Source: Planctomycetota bacterium (GTDB lineage Bacteria > Planctomycetota > UBA8108 > SXIK01). From it: 64,000 nucleotides of DNA. The translations under genes were made by a program, and so were the position numbers. The first letter of the stretch is position 1. Every line of letters starts with the position of its first letter. The notes under the pieces are model-generated. The model made no database searches, was not told the origin of the DNA, and saw nothing but the letters and a program-made list of their open reading frames with translations. Shown piece after piece: positions 55,756 to 64,000 of this stretch. Where the stretch lies: NCBI GenBank assembly GCA_965223845.1, contig CBDCXR010000004.1, forward strand, positions 7,488,001-7,552,000. The letters run 5' to 3'.

Positions 55756-58044
55756 ATGTCGACCCCCGATCAGATTCTGCGCGAGGTGCAGGAGAACCCC
55801 GGCCTCTCGACGCGCAAGCTCACACGTCTTTGTCTCGGCGCGGGGTACGACGACGAGGCCGCCGATCGCTTCCTCGGCGTCCTCGAAGGTCTTCAGCGCG
55901 ACGGAGCGATCGTGCGCGTCCCGCCCGGGAAGTGGCGTCCCGCCTCGGCGACGAAGTTCCGCGTCGGCAGCGTCCGATTGTCGGGGAAGGGACACGGCTT
56001 CGTGCGCGTCGCCTCGCCCGATGACGATGCGCAGGACTACTTCGTGCGCGCGCCGGATCTCGGCGCTGCGGTGCCGGGCGACTACGTGCTCATCCGGCCG
56101 ATCTCCGCGGGCGCATCGCGCCGCGGTCGCGGCTCACGCCGGGGCGGTGACGGCGGAGACGACGGCCGACTTCCCGAAGCGAGCGTCGTCGAGGTGGTCG
56201 AGCGTTCGGAGATGCCGCTCCGCGGAACCTTCACCCCGGTGCGACGAGGCGGCTACGTTCGCGTGAGCTCGCGACAGCCGTGGCCGCCGGTCTTCGTTCC
56301 GCGCGCCCTCACGGACGACGCGAAGCGCGGCGAACAGGTTCTCGTGAAGCTGCGACCGCCCGAAGAGGGAGACGAAGAGCCGACCGGTCAGATCATCTTC
56401 CGCGTGAAGGACGGCACGCCGCGCGCGGACCTCGAGCTCCTCCGCGCGGAGAAGCAGCTCCCGGGACCGTTTTCGGATGCCGTTCTCGAAGAGGTGCGCG
56501 CGATCCGGTCCATTGGATCGGGCTGGAGCTGGAGTGATCGGATCGATCTCCGTGACTCGCTCATCGTTACGATCGACCCGGAGGACGCGCGCGACTTCGA
56601 CGATGCGATCTCTCTCGAGGTGGACGCGAAGGGGCGCTCGCGTCTCGGTGTTCATATCGCCGACGTCGCCCACTTCGTTGCGCGGGGCAGCGAGCTCGAG
56701 TCGGAAGCGGAACAGCGCGGAACGTCGATCTACCTCCCGGGTGAGGTCATCCCGATGCTCCCCGAGCGGCTCGCGAACGACCTCTGCAGCCTGCGCCCGC
56801 ACGAAGACCGGCTCGCGAAGTCCGTCTTCATGACCTTCGACGACGCGGGGGAGCTCGTACGGACCGAAGTCGCTCGGAGCGTGATTCGGAGTCGGCACCG
56901 CTTCACGTACGAGGAGGTCCTCGAGATCCTCGAAGGAGGCGGCGACGGTGGCTTGGCCGGCCACGAGCTCGAGCGGGAAATCGTCTCGCTCCTCGGGCGC
57001 ATGGCGGCTCTCCGCGACGCGCTCCATGCGAAGCGGGCCGCGCGCGGGGCACTGTTTCTCGATTTGCCTTCGCTCTCCGTCGCCGTCGATGAGTCCGGTA
57101 CCCCGACGGAACTCCGCCGCGAAGAGCACGACGCGTCGCACGCACTCATCGAAGAGTTCATGCTCGCCGCGAACGAGGCCGTCGCGAAGTACTTCATCGA
57201 GCAGAAGCTGCCGCTTCCCGCCCGAGTTCACCCGCCGCCCGACGAGGACCGCTTCGACGACTTTCGCGACTTTCTCGAATCGGTGGACGTCGAGTACCGC
57301 GGTCAGCCGACGCCGCAGGACATCCGGCGCTTCCTCGAGTCGATCGCGGATGATCCGCTCGCCGATCTCCTTCAGATCGGACTCCTCCGCACGATGGGAC
57401 ACGCGGAATACCAACCGGGCGCCGGCCTCCACTTCGCGCTCGCGACGGAGACCTATTGTCACTTCACCTCGCCGATCCGGCGGTTTCCGGATCTCCTCGT
57501 TCACCAGATTCTAGATGCGCACTGGGACGGACGCCTCCGGTCGGGCAAGTCGCGCGCGGAGTGGACCGATCGCCTCGAGAGCAGTCTCGCTCACGCTTCT
57601 GCCATGGAACGGAAGGCCGAGGACGCCGAACGAGAGATGACGAAAGTCCTCGTTATGCGCTACCTCGAGAAGATGGTGGGGCGCGAGTTCGACGGGCGGA
57701 TCGTCTACGTCGCGCCGTTCGGATTCTTCGTGCGCCTCGACCACGTATTGGTCGAGGGACTCGTCCACGTCAGCAGCCTGAGCGGCGACTACTTCGAGTT
57801 CGAGGAGACACGGCGCGTGCTTCGTGCTCGCCGCCGATCGGATCGGGTCTTCGCGCTCGGAGATCGAGTACGAGTGCAGCTCGAGGAGCTCGACTTCGAC
57901 GCTCGCGAGATCCGGCTCCGATGGCTCGGCGACGCGAGCGAGCGGGGCGCGGCTCGACCCGGGAAGGGGGAGAAGCGTCGCGCGAAGGCCGAACGCGCGC
58001 GCAAGGGATCGGCGAAGCGAGCGACGAAGCGAACGCGCTCATGA
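55756..58044 (+). CDS. rnr: Ribonuclease R
   Basis: TIDPEDARDFDDAIS, VHIADV, IEEFMLAAN, HFTSPIRRFPDL, S1 domain, basic tail. Confidence 0.93.
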   Translation: MSTPDQILREVQENPGLSTRKLTRLCLGAGYDDEAADRFLGVLEGLQRDGAIVRVPPGKWRPASATKFRVGSVRLSGKGHGFVRVASPDDDAQDYFVRAPDLGAAVPGDYVLIRPISAGASRRGRGSRRGGDGGDDGRLPEASVVEVVERSEMPLRGTFTPVRRGGYVRVSSRQPWPPVFVPRALTDDAKRGEQVLVKLRPPEEGDEEPTGQIIFRVKDGTPRADLELLRAEKQLPGPFSDAVLEEVRAIRSIGSGWSWSDRIDLRDSLIVTIDPEDARDFDDAISLEVDAKGRSRLGVHIADVAHFVARGSELESEAEQRGTSIYLPGEVIPMLPERLANDLCSLRPHEDRLAKSVFMTFDDAGELVRTEVARSVIRSRHRFTYEEVLEILEGGGDGGLAGHELEREIVSLLGRMAALRDALHAKRAARGALFLDLPSLSVAVDESGTPTELRREEHDASHALIEEFMLAANEAVAKYFIEQKLPLPARVHPPPDEDRFDDFRDFLESVDVEYRGQPTPQDIRRFLESIADDPLADLLQIGLLRTMGHAEYQPGAGLHFALATETYCHFTSPIRRFPDLLVHQILDAHWDGRLRSGKSRAEWTDRLESSLAHASAMERKAEDAEREMTKVLVMRYLEKMVGREFDGRIVYVAPFGFFVRLDHVLVEGLVHVSSLSGDYFEFEETRRVLRARRRSDRVFALGDRVRVQLEELDFDAREIRLRWLGDASERGAARPGKGEKRRAKAERARKGSAKRATKRTRS

Positions 58045-59288
58045 GGGCCGAGCGCGTCACGGCTTTCCCGCACGACCGGTCGAAGCGGCGTGGCGTCTGC
58101 GCGACCGGGTGGGTTCTAGTCGCTTCCGCACTGTCGTCGCCCGTTCGCTCGGCGCCGCGCGACAGCGAATCTCCCGCTCGAACGACTCGCGGCTGGGAGG
58201 TCGCTCCGGGCGCGTTCGCAGCGGATCCTCGCCTCGGACGTTTGCTCCGGGCCGGCGCGGAGGCGCGTCGAGTGGCGCTGCGCACGCTCGCTTCGGAGTG
58301 GGCTCTCGAACCCGGCGAACGCGAAATCGTGTGGCGCTGGGACACTGCGCAGCTGCACGCGAACGCGCCCGCGGACGCGGAGCAGATCGAACTCGGGCGC
58401 ACGGAGTTCGAACCGGGAGGCGAGCGCATCGTCGTCACGCTTCCCGCGGCAAAGTTTCTCGCGGAGCCGCGGTGGGCGTCCGCGGTCATCGTTCACGAGG
58501 CGGTGCACGCACTCCACGGTTCGATTACGCGCGATGCGGCGTCCTACGAGCTCGTGCCGGCGTGGTTTCGCGAGGGGTTCGCGCTCCGCGTGAGCGGCGA
58601 AGGCCCGGAGCGCGTGCGCGATGCAATAGCGCTTCAGGTTCTCGCCGGCGGTGCGCCGGAAGAGATCCTACGCGCGTCCACTCGCCGTGGAGTCGACGCG
58701 CCTCGGTTTTCTCCCGCGGCGGCGTATCTCCTCGTGGAAGTGCTCGAGGAGAGAGTCGATCCGGCGAGATTTCGCCGCGAGCTCCGTGCGGTGTTCGCCG
58801 GTCGCGAGTTTTGGCCGGGCTGGCAGGCGGCGCTCGGGCGGTCGACATCGACGTCGGAAAGCACGCTCGCGTCCCTCGTACTCGCGGCGCGTGCGAAGGC
58901 GGAGTCGATGCTCGACGAGGCGCGGCTCGCACGGCTCCACGCGACCTTCCGCCGGCGCGCTCCGGACGAGCTGCTCGCGCTCCTCGCCGAGCGTCCCGAC
59001 GGCCCACTCGCCGCGACGCTGCGCTACCGTGCGGCGAGCGAGCTCTTCAAGCGGGCGGAGTCGAAGCACGAGCTCGGACGCGTGGTCGATGTCGTCCGCC
59101 CGCTCACCGCCGGGGATGACCGACTCTGGATGCCCGAGGCGCTCGTTCTTCTCGGACGCGCCGAGGCGCGTCGCGGACGGCTCGAAGCGGCGCGTCGCGC
59201 GTGGCGGCGAGTTCGGGAATCGTTCGCCGACGACCGCACCGCCGGTGCCGTCGCCGCTCGTCTCCTTCGCCGGCCGGACGACGCCTGA
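58041..59288 (+). CDS. Putative exported zincin metallopeptidase with TPR-like tail
   Basis: VIVHEAVH followed by PAWFREGFA (gluzincin-like third ligand); ATGA overlap with rnr. Confidence 0.6.
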   Translation: MRAERVTAFPHDRSKRRGVCATGWVLVASALSSPVRSAPRDSESPARTTRGWEVAPGAFAADPRLGRLLRAGAEARRVALRTLASEWALEPGEREIVWRWDTAQLHANAPADAEQIELGRTEFEPGGERIVVTLPAAKFLAEPRWASAVIVHEAVHALHGSITRDAASYELVPAWFREGFALRVSGEGPERVRDAIALQVLAGGAPEEILRASTRRGVDAPRFSPAAAYLLVEVLEERVDPARFRRELRAVFAGREFWPGWQAALGRSTSTSESTLASLVLAARAKAESMLDEARLARLHATFRRRAPDELLALLAERPDGPLAATLRYRAASELFKRAESKHELGRVVDVVRPLTAGDDRLWMPEALVLLGRAEARRGRLEAARRAWRRVRESFADDRTAGAVAARLLRRPDDA

Positions 59289-59530
59289 GCCGTCGCCTCG
59301 CTGCGCCCCGGCGGATCGCTCGGGACGGGTAGGAGCCTCTGCGGCTCGGCGACTCCCGCCCGGCGATCGAGGGCGTCCCTCGCGTGGTAGAATCGCCTCG
59401 ACGAGATCCTCCGATCGAAGTTTGGGTCCTTCGATCACGCGCTGTGGGTTCCCCTCGCACGCCGGTTGACCTCGGCCGGGAATCGACGCCTCCGGACGCC
59501 CTCGTTCTCCAGCTACAACTCGAAGACGTC

Positions 59531-60268
59531 ATGTCACCGAAAGCCCGTCGAGTGCTCTTGTGCCTTTGGGCCGCGGCTTTGTTCGCGAGTTGCTCGCTCA
59601 TCCCCGTGGACGAGTTTCGTCCGGCGAAGCGCTTGCGGTTCTCCGCGGAGCACGTCCCCTTCGCCAGCTCCGAACTCATCTTCAGCCACGAGGTGCACTC
59701 GAGCGAGCTCTGCGAGACCTGCCACTTCGGGACGACGCAGAGCGAGTCGTACGCCGACGAACGCGCGCTCCGACTCGCCGACGACGGCTCCGTTCCGAAT
59801 CTCGCCCTGCCCTCGATGGCGCTCTGCTTCGAGTGTCACGACGGTGAGGTGCTCCCGCAGGACTGTATCCAGTGCCACCGCACCAACCGTCGCGAACGGA
59901 AGCCCCGATTTCACGATGGTCTCTGGCCGCGCCACCACAAGCACATGGCAGAGCGTGAGTCGTACAAGTGCTCGCTCTGCCACGTCGACAACGAGTGCAG
60001 CGGTTGCCACGCGGTCCGGAAGCCGCTCTCCCACACGCCGCGATTCGTGCGTTCGACGCACGGGCGCATGGCGATCCACGACCGGAGCTCGTGCTCGACG
60101 TGTCACCAAACAAGCTTCTGTGAGAACTGCCACAGCCAGCCGCCGCCGGACCACACGGCGATCTTCATGCGCGGCGGCGGTCACCGCCAAGCGGCGCTGC
60201 TCCGCGGGCGCAGTTGTCTCGTCTGTCACGGGTTCGAGGACGCCTGCGCCAGGTGTCACAACCGATGA
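59531..60268 (+). CDS. Nonaheme c-type cytochrome, probable lipoprotein
   Basis: Nine CxxCH motifs (CETCH, CFECH, CIQCH, CSLCH, CSGCH, CSTCH, CENCH, CLVCH, CARCH); lipobox-like LFASC. Confidence 0.9.
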   Translation: MSPKARRVLLCLWAAALFASCSLIPVDEFRPAKRLRFSAEHVPFASSELIFSHEVHSSELCETCHFGTTQSESYADERALRLADDGSVPNLALPSMALCFECHDGEVLPQDCIQCHRTNRRERKPRFHDGLWPRHHKHMAERESYKCSLCHVDNECSGCHAVRKPLSHTPRFVRSTHGRMAIHDRSSCSTCHQTSFCENCHSQPPPDHTAIFMRGGGHRQAALLRGRSCLVCHGFEDACARCHNR

Positions 60269-62013
60269 CGGTCGCGCGTGCGCCTCGACGGAGTCGGTCG
60301 CGTCCGTCGATGCGTCGTCTAGTCGCGAGCGCCCTCGTCGCCCTCGTCGCCCTCGCGTCGTCGATCGGTGCTGCCGGCGTCTTCGCGCAAGAGGAAGAGG
60401 AGAGCGAGGACGAGCGTCTCGTGCGACTCGATCCGGAGTGGATGGGCGACGCGGCCGGAGTCGAGGACGACGAGAGCGAGTCCGCCTACGACGAAGAGCT
60501 CGACGGCGCGGACGACGGGCCCTCGCTCTGGGAACGGATGCGAGACGATCCGACTCTCGGCGGGAAGCTCCATCTCACGTACCGAATCAGCTACCGCGCG
60601 CAGCTCTACGATTTCGGGCGCTACCGCTTCCCGTTCGACCCCGTCACGGACGACGACCGCGAGCAGGCGCGACAGCTTCGCCGCCTCCGCCGGGACGAAC
60701 GGAGCGATCAGGACATCGACCAGTACTTCGCGCTTCGCGCCACGGATCTCTTCGTTCCGTGGGAAGAGGCGAATCTCATTCAGTCGACGCGCTTCGAGAC
60801 CTCGTTTCGCTACTTTAAGGACATCGACGGCTCGGGGGCCGGATCCGAGGGACTCGATGGCTACGACCGACTCAGCGATCGCGACGCCCTTCAGCTTTAC
60901 AAGCTTTTCGCCCGCGTCGAGACCTTCGACCGGCACCTCGAGATCACCGCGGGGCGCCAGCAGGCGCGACACTCCGAGTGGGTGCACTTCGACGGGGTCG
61001 CCGCCCGATTCCGCGGTTTGGCCGTGCTCGAACGCGAAGTCGAGCTCGACGGTTTCGTGGGCAGTCGCGTGCGCTTCTATCGGCGCGCGAGCGCGGCGCG
61101 CGATCTCATCGCGGGCGGAAGCGCTACGGTGAGCTTCAGCGACGCGACGACGCTGCGGCTTTCCGACGTCTACTACCTCTACAACACCTTCGAAGGAGAG
61201 CTGCGGCAGACCCTGCCCGATCTCGGCTGGCTCGCCTTCCGTTACCGCCAGATCGGAAGCGAGCCGCACTCGATCGGAGCCGACGGGTTCTTCGAGTGGC
61301 CGTCGACCCGCTGGACGCTGCACGCTCGCTACCTCGGTAAGGTGTCTGACATCGAGGACGACGTCTTTTTCGACTACACCCAGTCCACTCGCGGCCGCTC
61401 GACCGGCGGCGCCGAGGAGCACTTTCACCTCGGTGGCCAGTCGCCCTACGACGAATTCTTCATCGAGGCGCGAAAGGGACTCTTCGAGCACTACGGCGTC
61501 TTGCTCGGCGCCACGGCGCATCTCGTTCGCGACGACGAGGACCGGTTCAACAGCGATTGGTTTGAGGTTTGGCTCGGCGCCGATGTCTCGGATGTTCCCT
61601 GGCGGGGGTTTTCCGGGCACGCCACGATTCGCTACGTCGACACCGACCTTCCGCGGCGCGTCGTCCGCCTCGATGCGACCGCGCTCGAAAACGCGCTCCC
61701 CGACTTTCGGCCGGAAGATCTCGCGGGCGACGGCGAGCCGAGCTTTCTCGGCTTCGAGCTCCTCGCCGAGCAGGACTTCGAGCGCGTCGTCGCTGTCGGC
61801 GGCACGGTCGTCATTCGCAGCTACGAATACCGCAGTCACTTTGCGAGAATCGAGGACCTGAGCGCGGTGGCACTCGGTGGGTACGTGCGCTGGCGCGCGA
61901 CCGAGCGCAGCCGCTGGGAGCTGCGCTACGATTACGATCGGGACGACCGGTTTGTCGCGCCCGGGATCGATGGCGTTCACACCGTTCGCGCGCAGTTCAC
62001 TTACCGCTGGTGA
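60265..62013 (+). CDS. Putative outer-membrane beta-barrel partner of the cytochrome
   Basis: Signal peptide, alternating aromatic beta-strand pattern, ITAGRQ...FDGV, C-terminal VRAQFTYRW; ATGA overlap with the cytochrome gene. Confidence 0.7.
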   Translation: MTVARAPRRSRSRPSMRRLVASALVALVALASSIGAAGVFAQEEEESEDERLVRLDPEWMGDAAGVEDDESESAYDEELDGADDGPSLWERMRDDPTLGGKLHLTYRISYRAQLYDFGRYRFPFDPVTDDDREQARQLRRLRRDERSDQDIDQYFALRATDLFVPWEEANLIQSTRFETSFRYFKDIDGSGAGSEGLDGYDRLSDRDALQLYKLFARVETFDRHLEITAGRQQARHSEWVHFDGVAARFRGLAVLEREVELDGFVGSRVRFYRRASAARDLIAGGSATVSFSDATTLRLSDVYYLYNTFEGELRQTLPDLGWLAFRYRQIGSEPHSIGADGFFEWPSTRWTLHARYLGKVSDIEDDVFFDYTQSTRGRSTGGAEEHFHLGGQSPYDEFFIEARKGLFEHYGVLLGATAHLVRDDEDRFNSDWFEVWLGADVSDVPWRGFSGHATIRYVDTDLPRRVVRLDATALENALPDFRPEDLAGDGEPSFLGFELLAEQDFERVVAVGGTVVIRSYEYRSHFARIEDLSAVALGGYVRWRATERSRWELRYDYDRDDRFVAPGIDGVHTVRAQFTYRW

Positions 62014-62023
62014 TCCTTCCGCC

Positions 62024-62704
62024 ATGGTTTCGTTCTCGATCGACGAGCGGCGCAGTTTTCTCGCCGATCAGACCGTGTTCGGCTCGGCCGGCGAGGTAGC
62101 CCTGCAGCGTCTCGCCGAAATCGCGCGCGTACGGGCACTGCGAGCGAACGAGCAGCTCTTCTCGATGGGGCAGAGGTGTGACGCGCTCTACTTCGTCGTC
62201 GCCGGGACCGGGCGACTCGTCCAGACCGCGCGGGGCGGCCGGCAGCGGATCCTCCATCGAGCGACGGCCGGCGACATGGTCGCGGCCGTCCCCTTCTTTG
62301 ATGGGAAGGGCTACCCGGCGACGTTCGTCGCGGAGGAGGACGCGCTCGTCGTCGAGCTACCTCGCGACGGTCTCCTCGACCTCGTCCAAAACGACCCGCG
62401 GGTCGCACTGTCGATTCTTGGCGGTCTCGTCGGCCGACTCCGCAAGATGACCCAGCTCGTCGCCCAAATGTCCTTCGAGGACACGACGCACCGACTCTGG
62501 GATTACCTGATGCGGGAGTCCGAGCCGGAGGTGCCGGGCAAAGAGTTTCCGCGGGCGGTCGACCCGGTCGCGACGCGCGAGAGCATCGCGCAGGCGATCG
62601 GGACGGTGCGAGAGGTGGTCTCCCGGCGGTTGTCGGCCTTGGTCGCGAGCGGACATCTCCGCGTCGAGGGGAGGAGAGTTCTCCTCCTCCGGCCGTTCCG
62701 CTAG
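62024..62704 (+). CDS. Crp/Fnr-family regulator (Dnr/HcpR-like, no Fnr Cys cluster)
   Basis: LF..G...DALYFVVAG, FDGKGYPAT, HTH TRESIAQAIGTVREVVSRRL. Confidence 0.88.
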   Translation: MVSFSIDERRSFLADQTVFGSAGEVALQRLAEIARVRALRANEQLFSMGQRCDALYFVVAGTGRLVQTARGGRQRILHRATAGDMVAAVPFFDGKGYPATFVAEEDALVVELPRDGLLDLVQNDPRVALSILGGLVGRLRKMTQLVAQMSFEDTTHRLWDYLMRESEPEVPGKEFPRAVDPVATRESIAQAIGTVREVVSRRLSALVASGHLRVEGRRVLLLRPFR

Positions 62705-62731
62705 ATTGGGTCCCCGCCGCCCCGCTCGGAG

Positions 62732-63160
62732 TCAATCCCCGGCGCCGAGATCGAGGTCGTACGCGCGGTGGAGCAGGTCGTTCTCCGCGCTCTCGTGCTT
62801 CTCGAAGGATTCAATCAGACGGTGGAGGCCCTGGGCGAGAGCATCCGCGTCCGTGTCGGACCCGGTGATCCCCTGGGCGAGCCGGTCGAGATCCGCGAGC
62901 AGTCCCTGGTGCTGAGACTCGAGGTTTCTCACCTCAGCGTGAGCCCCCGGGATCCGGCGAACGATGTCGTCGAATAGACCGCTCTCCTCTTCGTGCTCGA
63001 AATGGCGGACCATCTGTTCGCGCAAGTCACGCAGGCTCTCCGTGACGTCTTTCGGCTCGGAGTCGTGCTCCTCGAGATCGTGCTCCGACTGCTTTACCGA
63101 TGCGATCGCGCGCTGCAACCGCCGGTTGTCGTCGAGAATCTTTCGCGCTGTCTCTTCCAT
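62732..63160 (-). CDS. Hemerythrin-like domain protein
   Basis: HFEHEEESGLF, LESQH, HESAEN pattern in a four-helix protein. Confidence 0.75.
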   Translation of the reverse strand: MEETARKILDDNRRLQRAIASVKQSEHDLEEHDSEPKDVTESLRDLREQMVRHFEHEEESGLFDDIVRRIPGAHAEVRNLESQHQGLLADLDRLAQGITGSDTDADALAQGLHRLIESFEKHESAENDLLHRAYDLDLGAGD

Positions 63161-63176
63161 CGCATCCTCGTCGCGT

Positions 63177-63998
63177 TCAGAAGGTGAAGATCAAATTGGA
63201 CGTAACCCGTCGCTTGAAGATGTCGTTTTTCGACTCGCGCTGGAGAGCGAATCCGTAGCCGAACCCGAAGCTCACGTGCTCGACGAAGTTCCAGCGAAAT
63301 CCTACGGTGGCCCAGTGCGCGGTGCTCCCGCGAACGTCGCTCGCGCCGAGGTTGCCGTAGTCGAGGAGACCGTCGCGCACGGGCAGCCGACTCCCGTTGC
63401 TCAGGTAAACGAAGCCGTGGTACTCGACGAGCGGAAAGAAGCCCTCGAGAAGCTCGTAGCTGACGTGGAGGTCCCAGCTGAGGGAGTCGTTGCCTTTTTC
63501 GTGGTGCGTGGTGATGCGGCCGACCCCGTTCGCCATGACGTGGAGGTCGCCGAACGCGCGGGCGCCGGTGAGAAAGATCGAGAGCTCGTCTTCCGTGCCT
63601 TGGGCGACGTCGCGAGAGCCGTTCGAGAGGCGCCAGCGGAGTCCGGTGGAAACGATCGTGAGTGTTTCGGGGTCGACGTAGAGCGCCCCTTTGAGGCCGG
63701 CGGCGATGTCGTTGTAGCCTTCCGCCTCGGGGAGGATCCCCGCCTCGAGGTCGGCGTGGCCGTCCGCCGTCGCGATGAATTGGAGGCGCTCGGCGAGCGC
63801 GAGTCGCGCCTGGACGGCGAGTACCGTAAGGTCGCCCCCGCGAAGGAGGCTCCCCTTGGGGAACTCGTGGTAGAGGAGGAGTGGGCGGAGGTCCGAGTTG
63901 ATGTACGGATCTTCGAAGTAGAGCGGCGATCCGATCGGACGAGGTGCTCGCTCGAACCCCTGGCGAAGACCCGTCAAGAATCCGGGCCAAAGGAGTGT
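63177..63998 (-). CDS. Putative outer-membrane protein, 5' partial
   Basis: Frame stays open to the window end; amphipathic strands, C-terminal NLIFTF; P.YFEDP...RP...H motif. Confidence 0.6.
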   Translation of the reverse strand, partial: TLLWPGFLTGLRQGFERAPRPIGSPLYFEDPYINSDLRPLLLYHEFPKGSLLRGGDLTVLAVQARLALAERLQFIATADGHADLEAGILPEAEGYNDIAAGLKGALYVDPETLTIVSTGLRWRLSNGSRDVAQGTEDELSIFLTGARAFGDLHVMANGVGRITTHHEKGNDSLSWDLHVSYELLEGFFPLVEYHGFVYLSNGSRLPVRDGLLDYGNLGASDVRGSTAHWATVGFRWNFVEHVSFGFGYGFALQRESKNDIFKRRVTSNLIFTF

Positions 63999-64000
63999 CG

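Noticed and set aside
1-64000. tRNA, rRNA, tmRNA, SRP or RNase P RNA, transposases, prophage and defence systems
   Set aside because: No diagnostic motifs were recognised by eye; a covariance-model scan would be needed to exclude divergent ncRNAs.

Overview
High-GC bacterial chromosomal window, most consistent with a Planctomycetota-like organism (inferred from gene content: stand-alone MfnB, zinc-ribbon membrane protein, ACT-fused GlnE, tandem PilB, multiheme cytochrome). It carries about 50 CDSs, and I recognised no rRNA, tRNA or CRISPR array. The standout is a 14.5-kb, tightly coupled, frameshift-free flagellum-derived operon (fliF-G-H-I-N-O-P-Q-R-flhB-flhA-flhF-flhG-fliA). This operon has no rod, hook, filament, stator, fliJ, fliK, fliL or fliM genes. 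Its FliI has lost the Walker A lysine and the catalytic glutamate, its FlhB stops before the NPTH-containing cytoplasmic switch domain, and its FliF appears to lack the rod-bearing collar, while FliP/Q, the FlhA channel, FlhF, FlhG and sigma-28 are well conserved. This suggests a repurposed, substrate-less, ATPase-dead basal-body remnant. Other highlights: a five-gene Mgl-type polarity module with a tail-anchored MglA and an MglB that apparently starts at AUU; a GlnE with N-terminal ACT domains and apparently swapped AT/AR domains; a nonaheme cytochrome plus beta-barrel pair next to Crp and hemerythrin genes; a degenerate FHA-GAF-HD-GYP protein; a 171-bp MITE with a TTAG duplication; and an exported HEAT/receiver-like protein with a poly-Asp repeat tail. 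All calls come from reading motifs by eye; no database searches were run.
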